Positions 1-8,588 of a stretch of DNA of 29,817 bases are shown one piece after another. The stretch spans positions 1-29,817 of the forward strand of contig JBGQMY010000017.1 of NCBI GenBank assembly GCA_041500865.1, read 5' to 3'. Source of the stretch: Candidatus Micrarchaeia archaeon. Lineage in GTDB: Archaea > Micrarchaeota > Micrarchaeia > Anstonellales > J096. Position 1 is the first letter of the stretch. Each line of letters starts with the position of its first letter. The position numbers and the translations under genes are program-made. The notes beneath the pieces were generated by a model that saw only the letters and a list, made by a program, of their open reading frames with translations, searched no databases and was not told the DNA's origin.

Positions 1-924
1 ATTATAGTCTCTGATGGCAATTTTATCGTAGTCGTAATAGCAGTCATCCTTCCTGCTTAGGTTGCTGATTTTGTCGCACATGTCAGGATTTCCACTGTTG
101 ATAGCAATCTTGTTGTATTCATAATAGCAGTCATCCTTCCCGCCTGAACCGCTAATTTCATCGCATATGCTGGAATTGCCAGATTTAATGGCAACTCTGT
201 AATAACAATCATCCTTTACCCCCGGATTGCCGATTTTGTCGCAGATGCCAGGATTAATGTTGCCGTTGGCAACGCTTTTGTAGCAGCCGTCCTTCCTGCT
301 TAGGTTGCTGATTTTGTCGCACATGTCAGAATTATTGGTGTAAGTGGCAATCTCATTGTAACCGGCATAGCAATCATCCTTTATCCTTGGATCGCTGATT
401 CTTTCGCAGATGTCCAGGTCAACGCCTTTGCTCATAGTTGCGTCGTAGCAATAGTCCTTTTTGCTCAAATTGCTGATTTTGTCGCAGAATGTATAATTAT
501 AGATTAATGCAAGTTCGAAGCTGCAGTCGTTTCTACCGTCAGTATCGCTGATTCTTTCGCAGATGGTTGTATCATTGCTCTTCATTATTACTCCGCCATA
601 ACAGTTTCCTTTGCCGATGCTATTAGCACCAGTGGCACCGGCATAAGTGACTGCCGGGACTACTGCCTCACACACAGACGGATCCCCTGTTGCCAGGGCA
701 TAATCAATATAGCAAAAATCCCTGGCGCAATCGACAAGGGAATGGCCCCAGAAACACTTATCCGTAGCAGCAGGATAAGTCTCGTTTATGTTAGTCGCAT
801 TTATTGCCCCGCACTTGGCCTGCACTGCCAACAGATTGGCATCCGGAGCCGACTGCTTAACCGGGCTCAGGCAGCCGAAAAACAGAACCATCAGGAAAAT
901 GCACGCCCAAACCCTTATTTTCAT
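1..924 (-). CDS. Cys-rich tandem-repeat lipoprotein (3' end runs off the window)
   Basis: Not in the ORF track; translated by hand from ATG at 924 with no stop down to position 1. Starts MKIRVWACIFLMVLFFGCLSP (signal peptide with FGC lipobox-like motif), followed by ~25-28-aa repeats such as ICDKISNLSRKDDCYY (C-x11-C). Confidence 0.85.
   Translation of the reverse strand, partial: MKIRVWACIFLMVLFFGCLSPVKQSAPDANLLAVQAKCGAINATNINETYPAATDKCFWGHSLVDCARDFCYIDYALATGDPSVCEAVVPAVTYAGATGANSIGKGNCYGGVIMKSNDTTICERISDTDGRNDCSFELALIYNYTFCDKISNLSKKDYCYDATMSKGVDLDICERISDPRIKDDCYAGYNEIATYTNNSDMCDKISNLSRKDGCYKSVANGNINPGICDKIGNPGVKDDCYYRVAIKSGNSSICDEISGSGGKDDCYYEYNKIAINSGNPDMCDKISNLSRKDDCYYDYDKIAIRDYN
47..329. 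repeat. Identical 40-bp direct repeat (47-86 and 290-329) inside the Cys-rich repeat gene
   Basis: TCCTTCCTGCTTAGGTTGCTGATTTTGTCGCACATGTCAG occurs twice, 243 bp (81 codons, three repeat units) apart. Confidence 0.9.
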
Positions 925-1002
925 TCGATTACCGAATATGATAAGAGCTTGCTGTATTTATAAATATTGCCGTTTTGACGTGAGCGGCGGCGCTGTGCTC
1001 TG

Positions 1003-1124
1003 TTTTTAACCCCTTTTGCACACAATGGCGGCATGCAGGAAAGGAAGGCGCCCAAAAGGCATGCGCAGGCAAAGAAGCCTTCAAATCGTTCATGCCGAAT
1101 TTCAGGGAATGCGCAAGCCAGTAG
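1003..1124 (+). pseudogene. Internally deleted remnant of an ankyrin-family gene (promoter, N-terminus and C-terminus)
   Basis: 1003-1035 aligns without gaps to the upstream region of the ankyrin gene (26194-26226). ATG 1033 encodes MQERKAPK (versus MEQRKKAG). In another frame 1068-1124 encodes GKEAFKSFMPNFRECASQ* (versus GKSEPFLSSLRACIG*). Confidence 0.6.
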
Positions 1125-1154
1125 CGTTTTAAACGCTTTAGGCTAACTTATATC

Positions 1155-1499
1155 GTGGTCTCGGAAGACAAAGTCAAGGAAGAGATACTTGCCGCGCTTT
1201 CAACAGTCATAGACCCGGAGATTGGCATAGACATCGTCAACCTGGGCCTGGTCTACGGCGTTGAGGCTGACCTGAAAAACAGCAAGGCAACTGTCCGCGT
1301 GACAATGACGACCCCGGCATGCCCGCTCCTTGGCGCCATACTCTCGGACATAGAAAGGGCGCTGGGCGAGGTCAGTTCGGTCAAAGACATCATCGTAAAA
1401 TTGGTCTGGGACCCGCCATGGGACCAGTCAAGGATGAGCGAAAAGGCGAAGCGCATGATGGGCGTCCCTGAAGAAGAAAGCCAGGGCGCCGGCAAATAG
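1155..1499 (+). CDS. DUF59 / SufT-MIP18-like Fe-S cluster assembly protein
   Basis: VIDPEIGIDIVNLGLVY, TMTTPACP and VWDPPW motifs; GTG start. Confidence 0.92.
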   Translation: MVSEDKVKEEILAALSTVIDPEIGIDIVNLGLVYGVEADLKNSKATVRVTMTTPACPLLGAILSDIERALGEVSSVKDIIVKLVWDPPWDQSRMSEKAKRMMGVPEEESQGAGK

Positions 1500-2102
1500 T
1501 CAGACGCGCTTGAACGCAATGAGCCCGCTCTCTGTTTTTGCGAACCTGTAATTGAGCAAAAGGTATTTCTTCTGCATCAGGCTTCCGCCCTTCTCAATGT
1601 TCTCCCTTATGTCGCCTTCAGGCAGCTCCCCGCACAGCCCGACCGCGTATTCAAGGCCGTTCCTCTTTGCCTCCATCTCCCTTTCCTCGACAAGCATCTC
1701 TATTATGCCCCTGCCCTGGTACTCGTTGAGCACGGCGACCTCCTCCATGTAAAGGGCGTTCGCCTCCTGCTCGGTGTCAAACGTCTTTTCCGCCCTGTCA
1801 AAATGGACGGGCCACGCCAGGCCCACGCCGACTATGAACTTTTCCACGTATGCGCCGTAGCTGCGCTCTTCGCCTATTATCTCCTTTATCTGCTTTATCT
1901 CATTCGTCCCTATCTCGAAAAGCGCGCTTCTCATCAATCCGACAACGTCGTCGATGTCCTCTTCAGTCAATTTCTTTATCTGCGCGCTTTCGTTGCTGGC
2001 GATGATGTTCAAATCCTCAAGCAGCGCCTTCCTTTTCAGGGCGGAAGGGGCCTCAAGCTTCTTTTCCTTGCGCTTTTCCTCCTCCTTTTCCTCCTGGACC
2101 AT
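1500..2102 (-). CDS. GNAT-family N-acetyltransferase
   Basis: Motif A in LYMEEVAVLNEYQGRGI. Confidence 0.75.
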   Translation of the reverse strand: MVQEEKEEEKRKEKKLEAPSALKRKALLEDLNIIASNESAQIKKLTEEDIDDVVGLMRSALFEIGTNEIKQIKEIIGEERSYGAYVEKFIVGVGLAWPVHFDRAEKTFDTEQEANALYMEEVAVLNEYQGRGIIEMLVEEREMEAKRNGLEYAVGLCGELPEGDIRENIEKGGSLMQKKYLLLNYRFAKTESGLIAFKRV

Positions 2103-2124
2103 GCTTTTGACGTTAAACTGTTTT

Positions 2125-2134
2125 GTTTTAAAAC
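2125..2134. promoter_or_regulatory. Palindromic TATA box GTTTTAAAAC shared by the divergent GNAT and fibrillarin genes
   Basis: TTTTAAAA (2126-2133) lies 23 nt from the GNAT start and 22 nt from the fibrillarin start in a 53-bp intergenic region. Confidence 0.6.
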
Positions 2135-2155
2135 GTTGCCCCGCCTCATGCCACC

Positions 2156-2806
2156 ATGAGGGAGATTTTTCCAGGCGTCTTCACGGACGGAAGGAGAATA
2201 TTCACGATAAATGCCGTTCCTGGCAGGAGCGTCTATGGGGAAAAGCTTGTCCGCCAGGGCAGCACGGAGTTCAGGGAATGGGACCCTTTCAGGAGCAAGC
2301 TCTGCGGCGCCATAAAGAAGGGGCTGAAGACCTTCCCGTTTTCAAAGGAGAGCAAGGTCCTTTATCTTGGCGCATCCACAGGCACGACGATAAGCCACCT
2401 TTCAGACATAATGTACGAGGGCGAGATATACGGCATAGAGGTGTCTCCGTTAATGGGCGAAAGGCTCATGGAGCTGGCGGAAAGAAGGACAAACATAATA
2501 CCTGTCATGGCCGACGCAAGGCACGTGTCGGAATACGCCGAGATACCGGAAGTGGATGCAGTCTACCAGGACGTGGCGCAGCCGGACCAGGACAGGATAC
2601 TCGCGATGAACGCGAAAAAGTTCTTGAAGAAGGGCGGCATCGCCATGCTGTGCGTGAAGAGCCAGAGCATAGACGTGACGATGGACCCGAAGAAGGTTTT
2701 CGCAATCGTTGAAAAGAACCTTTCAAACGATTTTGAGATAATTGAAAAGTTTTATTTAGAGCCGTATGACAAGGAGCACGAGTTCCTTGTGCTGAGGCTG
2801 AAGTGA
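2156..2806 (+). CDS. flpA: Fibrillarin-like rRNA/tRNA 2'-O-methyltransferase
   Basis: VYGEK, WDPFRSKL, VLYLGASTGTTISHLSDI, YQDVAQPDQ and LEPYDKEH motifs. Confidence 0.97.
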   Translation: MREIFPGVFTDGRRIFTINAVPGRSVYGEKLVRQGSTEFREWDPFRSKLCGAIKKGLKTFPFSKESKVLYLGASTGTTISHLSDIMYEGEIYGIEVSPLMGERLMELAERRTNIIPVMADARHVSEYAEIPEVDAVYQDVAQPDQDRILAMNAKKFLKKGGIAMLCVKSQSIDVTMDPKKVFAIVEKNLSNDFEIIEKFYLEPYDKEHEFLVLRLK

Positions 2807-2890
2807 AACGTAATCCTGTGTGCATCGCTGCCTTGTGTCTAAAAATAAGCGCAAGTGGATGTTTTAAATAGTTTGCTGCCAAAAGAAAAT

Positions 2891-3012
2891 GTGGGCAAAT
2901 ACTGCTTTTTTGGAAAAGTAAACGCCAAGGGACGGCTGCCATCCCTATGCAAAAGGGCAGTGCAGCACGATTTTCAATAAATACAAGGCATTACGCCGCG
3001 CCGAAAACCTGA
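2891..3012 (+). pseudogene. Possible degenerate AbrB/MazE/SpoVT-type DNA-binding gene fragment
   Basis: A TATA (TTTTAAAT) precedes GTG 2891, which reads MGKYCFFGKVNAKGRL. A one-base frameshift continues as AIP, resembling the KVDxKGRxxIP motif. The match is short and weak. Confidence 0.3.
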
Positions 3013-3076
3013 GAATCGGGCATGTTTTTATGACATTGGCCAATAGCTTTTAATTAACACTGTCCGAAATCAAAAC

Positions 3077-5416
3077 ATGGCTCAGCCGTTCAGGAAGGGC
3101 AGGGTAAGCCTGGGTTCAGTCATCGTGTCCATCTTTGTGCTGCTCATAGTCCTGTTTGCAATCCTGATACTGTTGGTTGTAGCATACTATATCTTCTTTG
3201 CTGGCCCTGATATTTTCTTCGCGCCCCCCAGCGCAAGGGAAATCTCAATCTCCGGCCGCGGGCCCCTTGTGGACTCGCAAATCAATTTTTACATACTTAA
3301 CGACGATGGCACAAAGGGCGCGCTTGCAGGCAACGCAACCTCCGGAAGCGACGGGGTGTATTTCGCAACAGTCAACGCCGCGCAAGGGGACTTCCTGCTT
3401 GCAGAAGCCGCAAACGGCACCTACGCAGACGGCGTCAACAAGACAAGGCGCATGAAGCATTCAGAAGTCCTTACTGCCGCGGCATCTGCCGAAACCGATG
3501 ACATTCTAATGACAATAACGCCGCTCACGCACATGGCGGCAACAAGGGCAAGGGCGCTTGCTGCCAACAGCACCCCGCTTTCAACTGCAGTTCCTTCAGC
3601 AAACATTGGGGTCGCGCGCCAATATGGGCTTGTGGATATAATCCAGATACAGCCTATTCTTCCTGACGACGAGGACTGGCTTTCAAGCGCCGACATGGAC
3701 GAACGCAACTATGCGCTTGTGCTAGCCGGCATATCAACAGAGGCGGAAACGCTTGACGTAAGCACGGTTGGGCTTGCTGATGCGCTTGCCGATGACGCAA
3801 GCGACGGCATCCTTGACGGGAAGGACAGCGGGGAACCCATCTCAATGGACACATTATCAGACAGCTCTGCGCGGCTTGACCCAGGGGCGGGCATAGCAGG
3901 CGTGCAGAACGGCATTGCAGCAGCCCCGGTTGCGCCGAACATTAAGCCGAACCAGGCAAATTTGGCAATCCCCCTCCAGCCAGTGCCGCTTGGGATAAAC
4001 GGTGCAGGAAAGTTCTATATCACGTCGACAATGCCGCCAGCGGCATTTGCAGGGGACGTATACAACGTGCAGCTTACGGCCCAGGGCGGAACGCCGCCCT
4101 ACACCTGTTCGCTAGCTCCGAAAAACGCAGACCTGACTGTGTCCGCGCCGCCGGACTGGCTCCAGCTTGGGGCGGATTGCACGCTTAGGGGCAACGTGCC
4201 GCCATTGGTGGGCGGGAACACGATGACAATATCCCAGCCGTTCACGGTGCTGATGTGCGATTCCGCAAACGAATGCGGCGCTTTCGAGATTCGCATAACT
4301 GTCATCGGGCAAAAGCCGGAAATAGCGACGCATGAGGCAAGATGCTTCGTGAACGAGTTCTGCAACGAGAACATCGCGACTGCTGACGGCGGGCAGCCGC
4401 CGTACCACTTCAGGTCGGATTACCTCAGGGAAGGCCCGACGCCGATGGGAACGATAGTGGGCTTGAACGGGAACATCCGCGGAACCCCCACTGTCATGGG
4501 AACCTACAGCGTCGGCGTATGCGCCATAGACATGATTGGCGCATACTCGTGCGGCCACGCAACAGTCAGGGTGGTCTCGTCTAATGCAACACTGTACCTT
4601 AAGAAAACGGGAAGCGGCACAGGCAAGGTCTATGCAAACCCGTACAACAAGGACAACGTCTATGCAAACGGCGTTACGGTCACGCTTACGGCAACAGCCG
4701 ATTCCGGCTCAACGTTCATTGGATGGGGAGGCGATTGCGAAGGCGCTGCTTCCGACAAATGCACGCTCCTGATGAACGGGGACAAAAGCGTTGAGGCGCA
4801 GTTCGACAGCAACGGCTCGTCTAATGCAACACTGTACCTGAAAAAGACGGGAAGCGGCACAGGCAAGGTGTACGCAAACCCGTACAACAAGGACAACGTC
4901 TATGCCAACGGCGTTACGGTCACGCTTACGGCAACAGCCGATTCCGGCTCAACGTTCATGGGATGGGGGGGCGATTGCGAAGGCGCCAGCTCTAGCAAAT
5001 GCACGCTCCTGATGAACGGGGACAAAGACGTGGAGGCGCAGTTCGACAGCAGCGGACAGCAGCCGAGCGGCGAGATTTCTGTCAAGATAGACACGGGCAG
5101 GTGCGGAGCAGCGAACGGCGAGGTATACGGTCCTGTCGGCACCGAGCTTATGGTTTATTATGGAAGCGGGCACGGAACCGGCTACCCGGTCAGCTCTATA
5201 AATTGCGGCAAATGGACGCCTGGCCCTGACACACAGTACCAGTGCCAGCGCGGGGACAACGACCCATACGGGACCGGATGGGCCGCGCTGACTTGCCAAT
5301 CGTGCAGCTACGGCGGCTCCATTAGCGCGGTCGTCTATGCCCCATCGTCCTATGTCCTCATCTTAGGCGCCGACAACATGATGGAAGAGGCAAATGCCAA
5401 TTTCCCGTGCAGATGA
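3077..5416 (+). CDS. Large membrane-anchored surface protein with putative Ig (He_PIG-like) domains and two InlB-B/Listeria-Bacteroides-type repeats
   Basis: N-terminal RKG followed by a long hydrophobic helix. LTAQGGTPPYT and ADGGQPPYHF...IRGTPT are Ig-like motifs. GSGTGKV...VTLTATADSGSTFxGWGGDC...CTLLMNGDKxVEAQF is duplicated. Many cysteines. Confidence 0.8.
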   Translation: MAQPFRKGRVSLGSVIVSIFVLLIVLFAILILLVVAYYIFFAGPDIFFAPPSAREISISGRGPLVDSQINFYILNDDGTKGALAGNATSGSDGVYFATVNAAQGDFLLAEAANGTYADGVNKTRRMKHSEVLTAAASAETDDILMTITPLTHMAATRARALAANSTPLSTAVPSANIGVARQYGLVDIIQIQPILPDDEDWLSSADMDERNYALVLAGISTEAETLDVSTVGLADALADDASDGILDGKDSGEPISMDTLSDSSARLDPGAGIAGVQNGIAAAPVAPNIKPNQANLAIPLQPVPLGINGAGKFYITSTMPPAAFAGDVYNVQLTAQGGTPPYTCSLAPKNADLTVSAPPDWLQLGADCTLRGNVPPLVGGNTMTISQPFTVLMCDSANECGAFEIRITVIGQKPEIATHEARCFVNEFCNENIATADGGQPPYHFRSDYLREGPTPMGTIVGLNGNIRGTPTVMGTYSVGVCAIDMIGAYSCGHATVRVVSSNATLYLKKTGSGTGKVYANPYNKDNVYANGVTVTLTATADSGSTFIGWGGDCEGAASDKCTLLMNGDKSVEAQFDSNGSSNATLYLKKTGSGTGKVYANPYNKDNVYANGVTVTLTATADSGSTFMGWGGDCEGASSSKCTLLMNGDKDVEAQFDSSGQQPSGEISVKIDTGRCGAANGEVYGPVGTELMVYYGSGHGTGYPVSSINCGKWTPGPDTQYQCQRGDNDPYGTGWAALTCQSCSYGGSISAVVYAPSSYVLILGADNMMEEANANFPCR
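4576..5051 (+). repeat. Tandem 240-bp in-frame domain duplication (4576-4811 and 4816-5051)
   Basis: Hand alignment gives about 18 differences in 236 bp, mostly synonymous. Confidence 0.92.
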
Positions 5417-5495
5417 CGCCTTATGGTTAGGCCGGGGCCTTGCCATTTGCCTTACGTTTATAAACCAGGCAATGCAAATGCCTATTGTGGTCAAC

Positions 5496-6362
5496 ATGGA
5501 AAAGATACACATTGCTTTTGTTATGTTAGCGCTGCTCATGTTCTCTTTCGGGTGCACGGGCCTGGCAAGCGACACCGAGAGCCTCATCGGAGGCGGAAGT
5601 ACGGTAAGCACGGGGGAGACAGGCATGCCGAGCGCGGTTGCGCCTGGCTCTTATAAGTCTGTGCCCAGCCCAACGGATCTGGCTGGCACTGTCCAGCAGG
5701 ACCAGATGGTCATAAAGACAGGCACTGCCGAGATAGATGTTCCGGAAGGCAAGATAGCCGAGAGGTACGCCGCGCTGCAGGCGATGGCAAAGCAGTACAG
5801 CGGCGACATTGAGTCTTCAAGCTATTACGAGAGTGACTCCGGGAAAACGCAGTACGTGACAGTAAGGATAGACTCCAGCAGCTTTGACACGTTCACAGGA
5901 AGGCTGTCCGAAATAGGGACGGTAAAGAGCTTCTCAAGCAACAGCGAGGACGTGACGCAGCAGTACATTGACATAAGCGCCAAGCTCCAGAACCTTATCG
6001 CGTCAAGGGACAGGCTGCTTGCGCTCTACAACACAACCGGAAACCTTAGCGACATAATAATGCTGGAAAGGGAGATAGCGGACGTGCAGTACCAGATAGA
6101 CTCAACGACGCAGCAGAAGCTGTATTACGAGAGGCAGTCCGCAAAGGCGACAGTAAGCGTAACGCTTTCCGAGCCGCTTCCTGTTGTGGACAAGACGCTC
6201 CTGGACCCGTTCTCGCAGCTTGCGAACTTCTTCATCGGAAGCCTTGCGGCAGGGGTCACGCTTGTCGTGATAGCTGCAGGATTCCTGCTTCCGCTTGCGT
6301 TTGCGCTGTTTGTGGTCTGGAAAATCGCGGCTTGGATATGGTCCAAGACGAGGAAAAGATAA
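5496..6362 (+). CDS. DUF4349-family lipoprotein / membrane protein
   Basis: ATG 5496 follows TTTATAAA. Signal with SFGC, VIKTGTAEIDV, SEDVTQQYIDISAKLQNL coiled-coil, ATVSVTLSE, and a C-terminal TM helix. Confidence 0.85.
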   Translation: MEKIHIAFVMLALLMFSFGCTGLASDTESLIGGGSTVSTGETGMPSAVAPGSYKSVPSPTDLAGTVQQDQMVIKTGTAEIDVPEGKIAERYAALQAMAKQYSGDIESSSYYESDSGKTQYVTVRIDSSSFDTFTGRLSEIGTVKSFSSNSEDVTQQYIDISAKLQNLIASRDRLLALYNTTGNLSDIIMLEREIADVQYQIDSTTQQKLYYERQSAKATVSVTLSEPLPVVDKTLLDPFSQLANFFIGSLAAGVTLVVIAAGFLLPLAFALFVVWKIAAWIWSKTRKR

Positions 6363-6390
6363 TTCTTTTTTAATTTTCCTTTTTTCTTTC
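6363..6390 (+). terminator. T-rich archaeal intrinsic terminator candidate
   Basis: TTCTTTTTTAATTTTCCTTTTTTCTTTC immediately after the stop codon. Confidence 0.5.
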
Positions 6391-6420
6391 AATCGGCTGC
6401 ATGAGCGGGAGCCAGCAGCA

Positions 6421-6453
6421 TTTTTAACCTCTTTCATGCACAAATAAGCCATG
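6421..6453 (+). promoter_or_regulatory. Extended promoter motif TTTTTAAC-NNCTTT-N4-CACAA-N7-ATG
   Basis: Same 33-nt spacing as the copies at 1003-1035 and 26194-26226. Confidence 0.6.
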
Positions 6454-8106
6454 GATTCAGCTTTCCGCAAGCCTGGCCCAGGAGGAGCCGGCGCATGCAA
6501 ATCCCGCAGCAGGCCTGTTGCAAAAGCCCTTTCAGCGATGAAGCTCGCATCTGACGCATGCAAGGCAGCGGGCCGCGGCATTGCCCGCATGGCGCACCTT
6601 AAGCATTATGGCCCAGACGCTGCATTTGGCAGGGCCATGCATAGGCTGGAGCTCGAATCGCGCAGGTCCTGGCTGCTGAACAAAAAAATGGAAAGGGCGA
6701 AGCAAAGGGCGTTCGCCGCGTTGGCCGCGGAGCATCCGGAATTCAGCGGCCTGCCCGAGGAAAGGATGATGCTGAAGCTGGCGGCCCTGTCCTCAAAGGA
6801 CGGCATCGGCCTTTGCGACAAGGACATAATCAATGCCCCGGACGATGAGCTGCTTTTCAAGGCATGGTCAGCCAAATACGACCCTTTCATGATGCAGACA
6901 GGGCACGACAGGGCTGTCGGCAGCCTGCTTAGCCAGCTGGTTGAGGCAAACAGGATTTTTGCGGCAAGGGACCTGCCCCAGCTTCTGCATAACGACTTGC
7001 TTGAGGCCAGCGCAGGCACGGGCACTGTGATAAGGCTGCTTCATGAGGCGCTTGGCAACGAATCCGTCCGCATGCGCTTCACGCACAATGAAAGGTCGGG
7101 GCACATGCAGTCCATAGCGGAGCATGGCGCGCTTGCGCAAATAAAAAAGCAATGCAGCTTCACCAATTTTGACATCAGGGATTTGGGCAGCGGATTCAGC
7201 GCAGATTCATTCGGCACGGTCCTGCTTTCGCAGACATTGCACCTGATTGTGAGCAGGAAGCAGCTGGAGCGCGAGAAAGACGCGTCATATCCTTTTTCGG
7301 ATGACGACACAATGCAGCATCCCGCGGAAAAGCGCAAGGCGATGGAGGCGCTGTTCAGGCTTGTCCGGCCGAATGGCACGTTTGTCGTCATAGACGAATG
7401 GCCGCCGCAGTTCAGCGGGGAGGCGTCCACGCCCTTTGATGCAGCCATTGACCGCCTTTTCATGAACGTGTTCAGGCCGTTGTTTGGGAAGGAAAGGCTT
7501 TACGATATCATGGGGGCCATGCCAGGCGCAAGGCTGGTTGCGGACCTGAAGGCGAACATAGACCAGAAGCACAGCATGAGCATGCTGGTATACCGCAAGG
7601 AGGATTGCGCGGCAGGAAAAAAGCCCGGCGCCATGCTTGGCAAGGACGATGCGCTGGAGCTTGGCATTGGACTGTTCCGGGCCATGGACCCTTTTGTTGC
7701 AGGCGCCATGAACAGCAGGTTCATTGAAAACGGCTTGCCGCAAAGGCTCTTTCCGATGGAAAAAACAGGTCCGTTCCGCATGGCGCCAGGAAGCATTGCC
7801 CCGCCTTTCAGGAAGCACGGATGCGTGCTTGTGCACGGCATGCCGCACGGCATGGCAGAAAAGAGGCGCAATTCGCTGTATGGGCGCGCGCTGGGAACGG
7901 TAAGGCCCGGCGGCTCGCTGATAATAGCCGAAGACGGCCATCCGCCTGCCGGCCATCCGCGCCCCCTGTTTGACGAGCACGAGGCATACGGCCTTTACGA
8001 GGAGCTGAAGTTCAATTCTGATGCGGGAATATGGCCAGGCGGCATGCTCGCAATCCCTGTCCGGGAAGCTCCGGGCTGCCTTTACATGAGGCAATACTGG
8101 AAATGA
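6451..8106 (+). CDS. Class I SAM-dependent methyltransferase-like protein with basic N-terminal extension and a second, degenerate MTase-like domain
   Basis: LLEASAGTG (motif I), FDIRDL, LSQTLHLI and LVRPNGTFVVIDE. A second VRPGGSLIIAE occurs near the C-terminus. Confidence 0.7.
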   Translation: MDSAFRKPGPGGAGACKSRSRPVAKALSAMKLASDACKAAGRGIARMAHLKHYGPDAAFGRAMHRLELESRRSWLLNKKMERAKQRAFAALAAEHPEFSGLPEERMMLKLAALSSKDGIGLCDKDIINAPDDELLFKAWSAKYDPFMMQTGHDRAVGSLLSQLVEANRIFAARDLPQLLHNDLLEASAGTGTVIRLLHEALGNESVRMRFTHNERSGHMQSIAEHGALAQIKKQCSFTNFDIRDLGSGFSADSFGTVLLSQTLHLIVSRKQLEREKDASYPFSDDDTMQHPAEKRKAMEALFRLVRPNGTFVVIDEWPPQFSGEASTPFDAAIDRLFMNVFRPLFGKERLYDIMGAMPGARLVADLKANIDQKHSMSMLVYRKEDCAAGKKPGAMLGKDDALELGIGLFRAMDPFVAGAMNSRFIENGLPQRLFPMEKTGPFRMAPGSIAPPFRKHGCVLVHGMPHGMAEKRRNSLYGRALGTVRPGGSLIIAEDGHPPAGHPRPLFDEHEAYGLYEELKFNSDAGIWPGGMLAIPVREAPGCLYMRQYWK

Positions 8107-8158
8107 TGTTTGTCTGCCGCGGCGCAACGGTTAAAAAATCAGGGGTCTCTATGCTTTC

Positions 8159-8581
8159 ATGGCAATTCCGATTAAGCCAATCAGCATAAAGGGCCTCGCC
8201 ATTGCTGCGGCGCTTGTTTCTGCGCTTGAGTCTGCTCTTGTGTGGTCCGGGCTTTTGCAGCCCGTGCTCTCGTATTCACTTGGAAATGTGGTTTTTTCGC
8301 TTTCGAGGGCCGCGCTTGCGGCGTATGCGGGCATATTGGTTGCCGGCAATGGGCTGAAACAATCTGCGATTGCCGGGGCAAAGGTCATGCTTTCAGGAAC
8401 GCTGGTGCTGTGCGCTGCCGCGCTGGTTGGCCGTTTCGCCTCATTCCCGACACTTCTTGGGATTTCCGCAGGAATGCTCCAGTTTCTGATAGTCCTTGCC
8501 ATTGTCCTGATAGGGAACACGGCGCTGGGCGCAATCCTAGGCGCGCTGGCATGGCACATTTCTCTAAAGTTCAGGAAGTGA
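8159..8581 (+). CDS. Hypothetical small integral membrane protein (~4 TM)
   Basis: Almost entirely hydrophobic 140-aa ORF with a basic C-terminus. Confidence 0.65.
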   Translation: MAIPIKPISIKGLAIAAALVSALESALVWSGLLQPVLSYSLGNVVFSLSRAALAAYAGILVAGNGLKQSAIAGAKVMLSGTLVLCAAALVGRFASFPTLLGISAGMLQFLIVLAIVLIGNTALGAILGALAWHISLKFRK

Positions 8582-8588
8582 ATATTAT

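Noticed and set aside
1..600. Periodic repeats as a CRISPR array
   Set aside because: The units are degenerate, codon-phased and lie in an open frame encoding Cys-rich protein repeats; no cas genes are present.
742..1009. Two plus-strand 73-aa ORFs from the track
   Set aside because: They are antisense shadows of the minus-strand lipoprotein gene and its promoter.
2891..2970. c-di-GMP-I riboswitch or SRP/H-ACA RNA resemblance (GGCAAA...ACGCCAAG)
   Set aside because: The GAAA tetraloop/receptor and consistent stems could not be built by eye; a covariance-model search would be needed.
4576..5051. 240-bp near-identical pair as the template/variable repeat of a diversity-generating retroelement
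   Set aside because: The differences are not adenine-specific and are mostly synonymous, both copies are in frame in one gene, and no reverse transcriptase is in the window.
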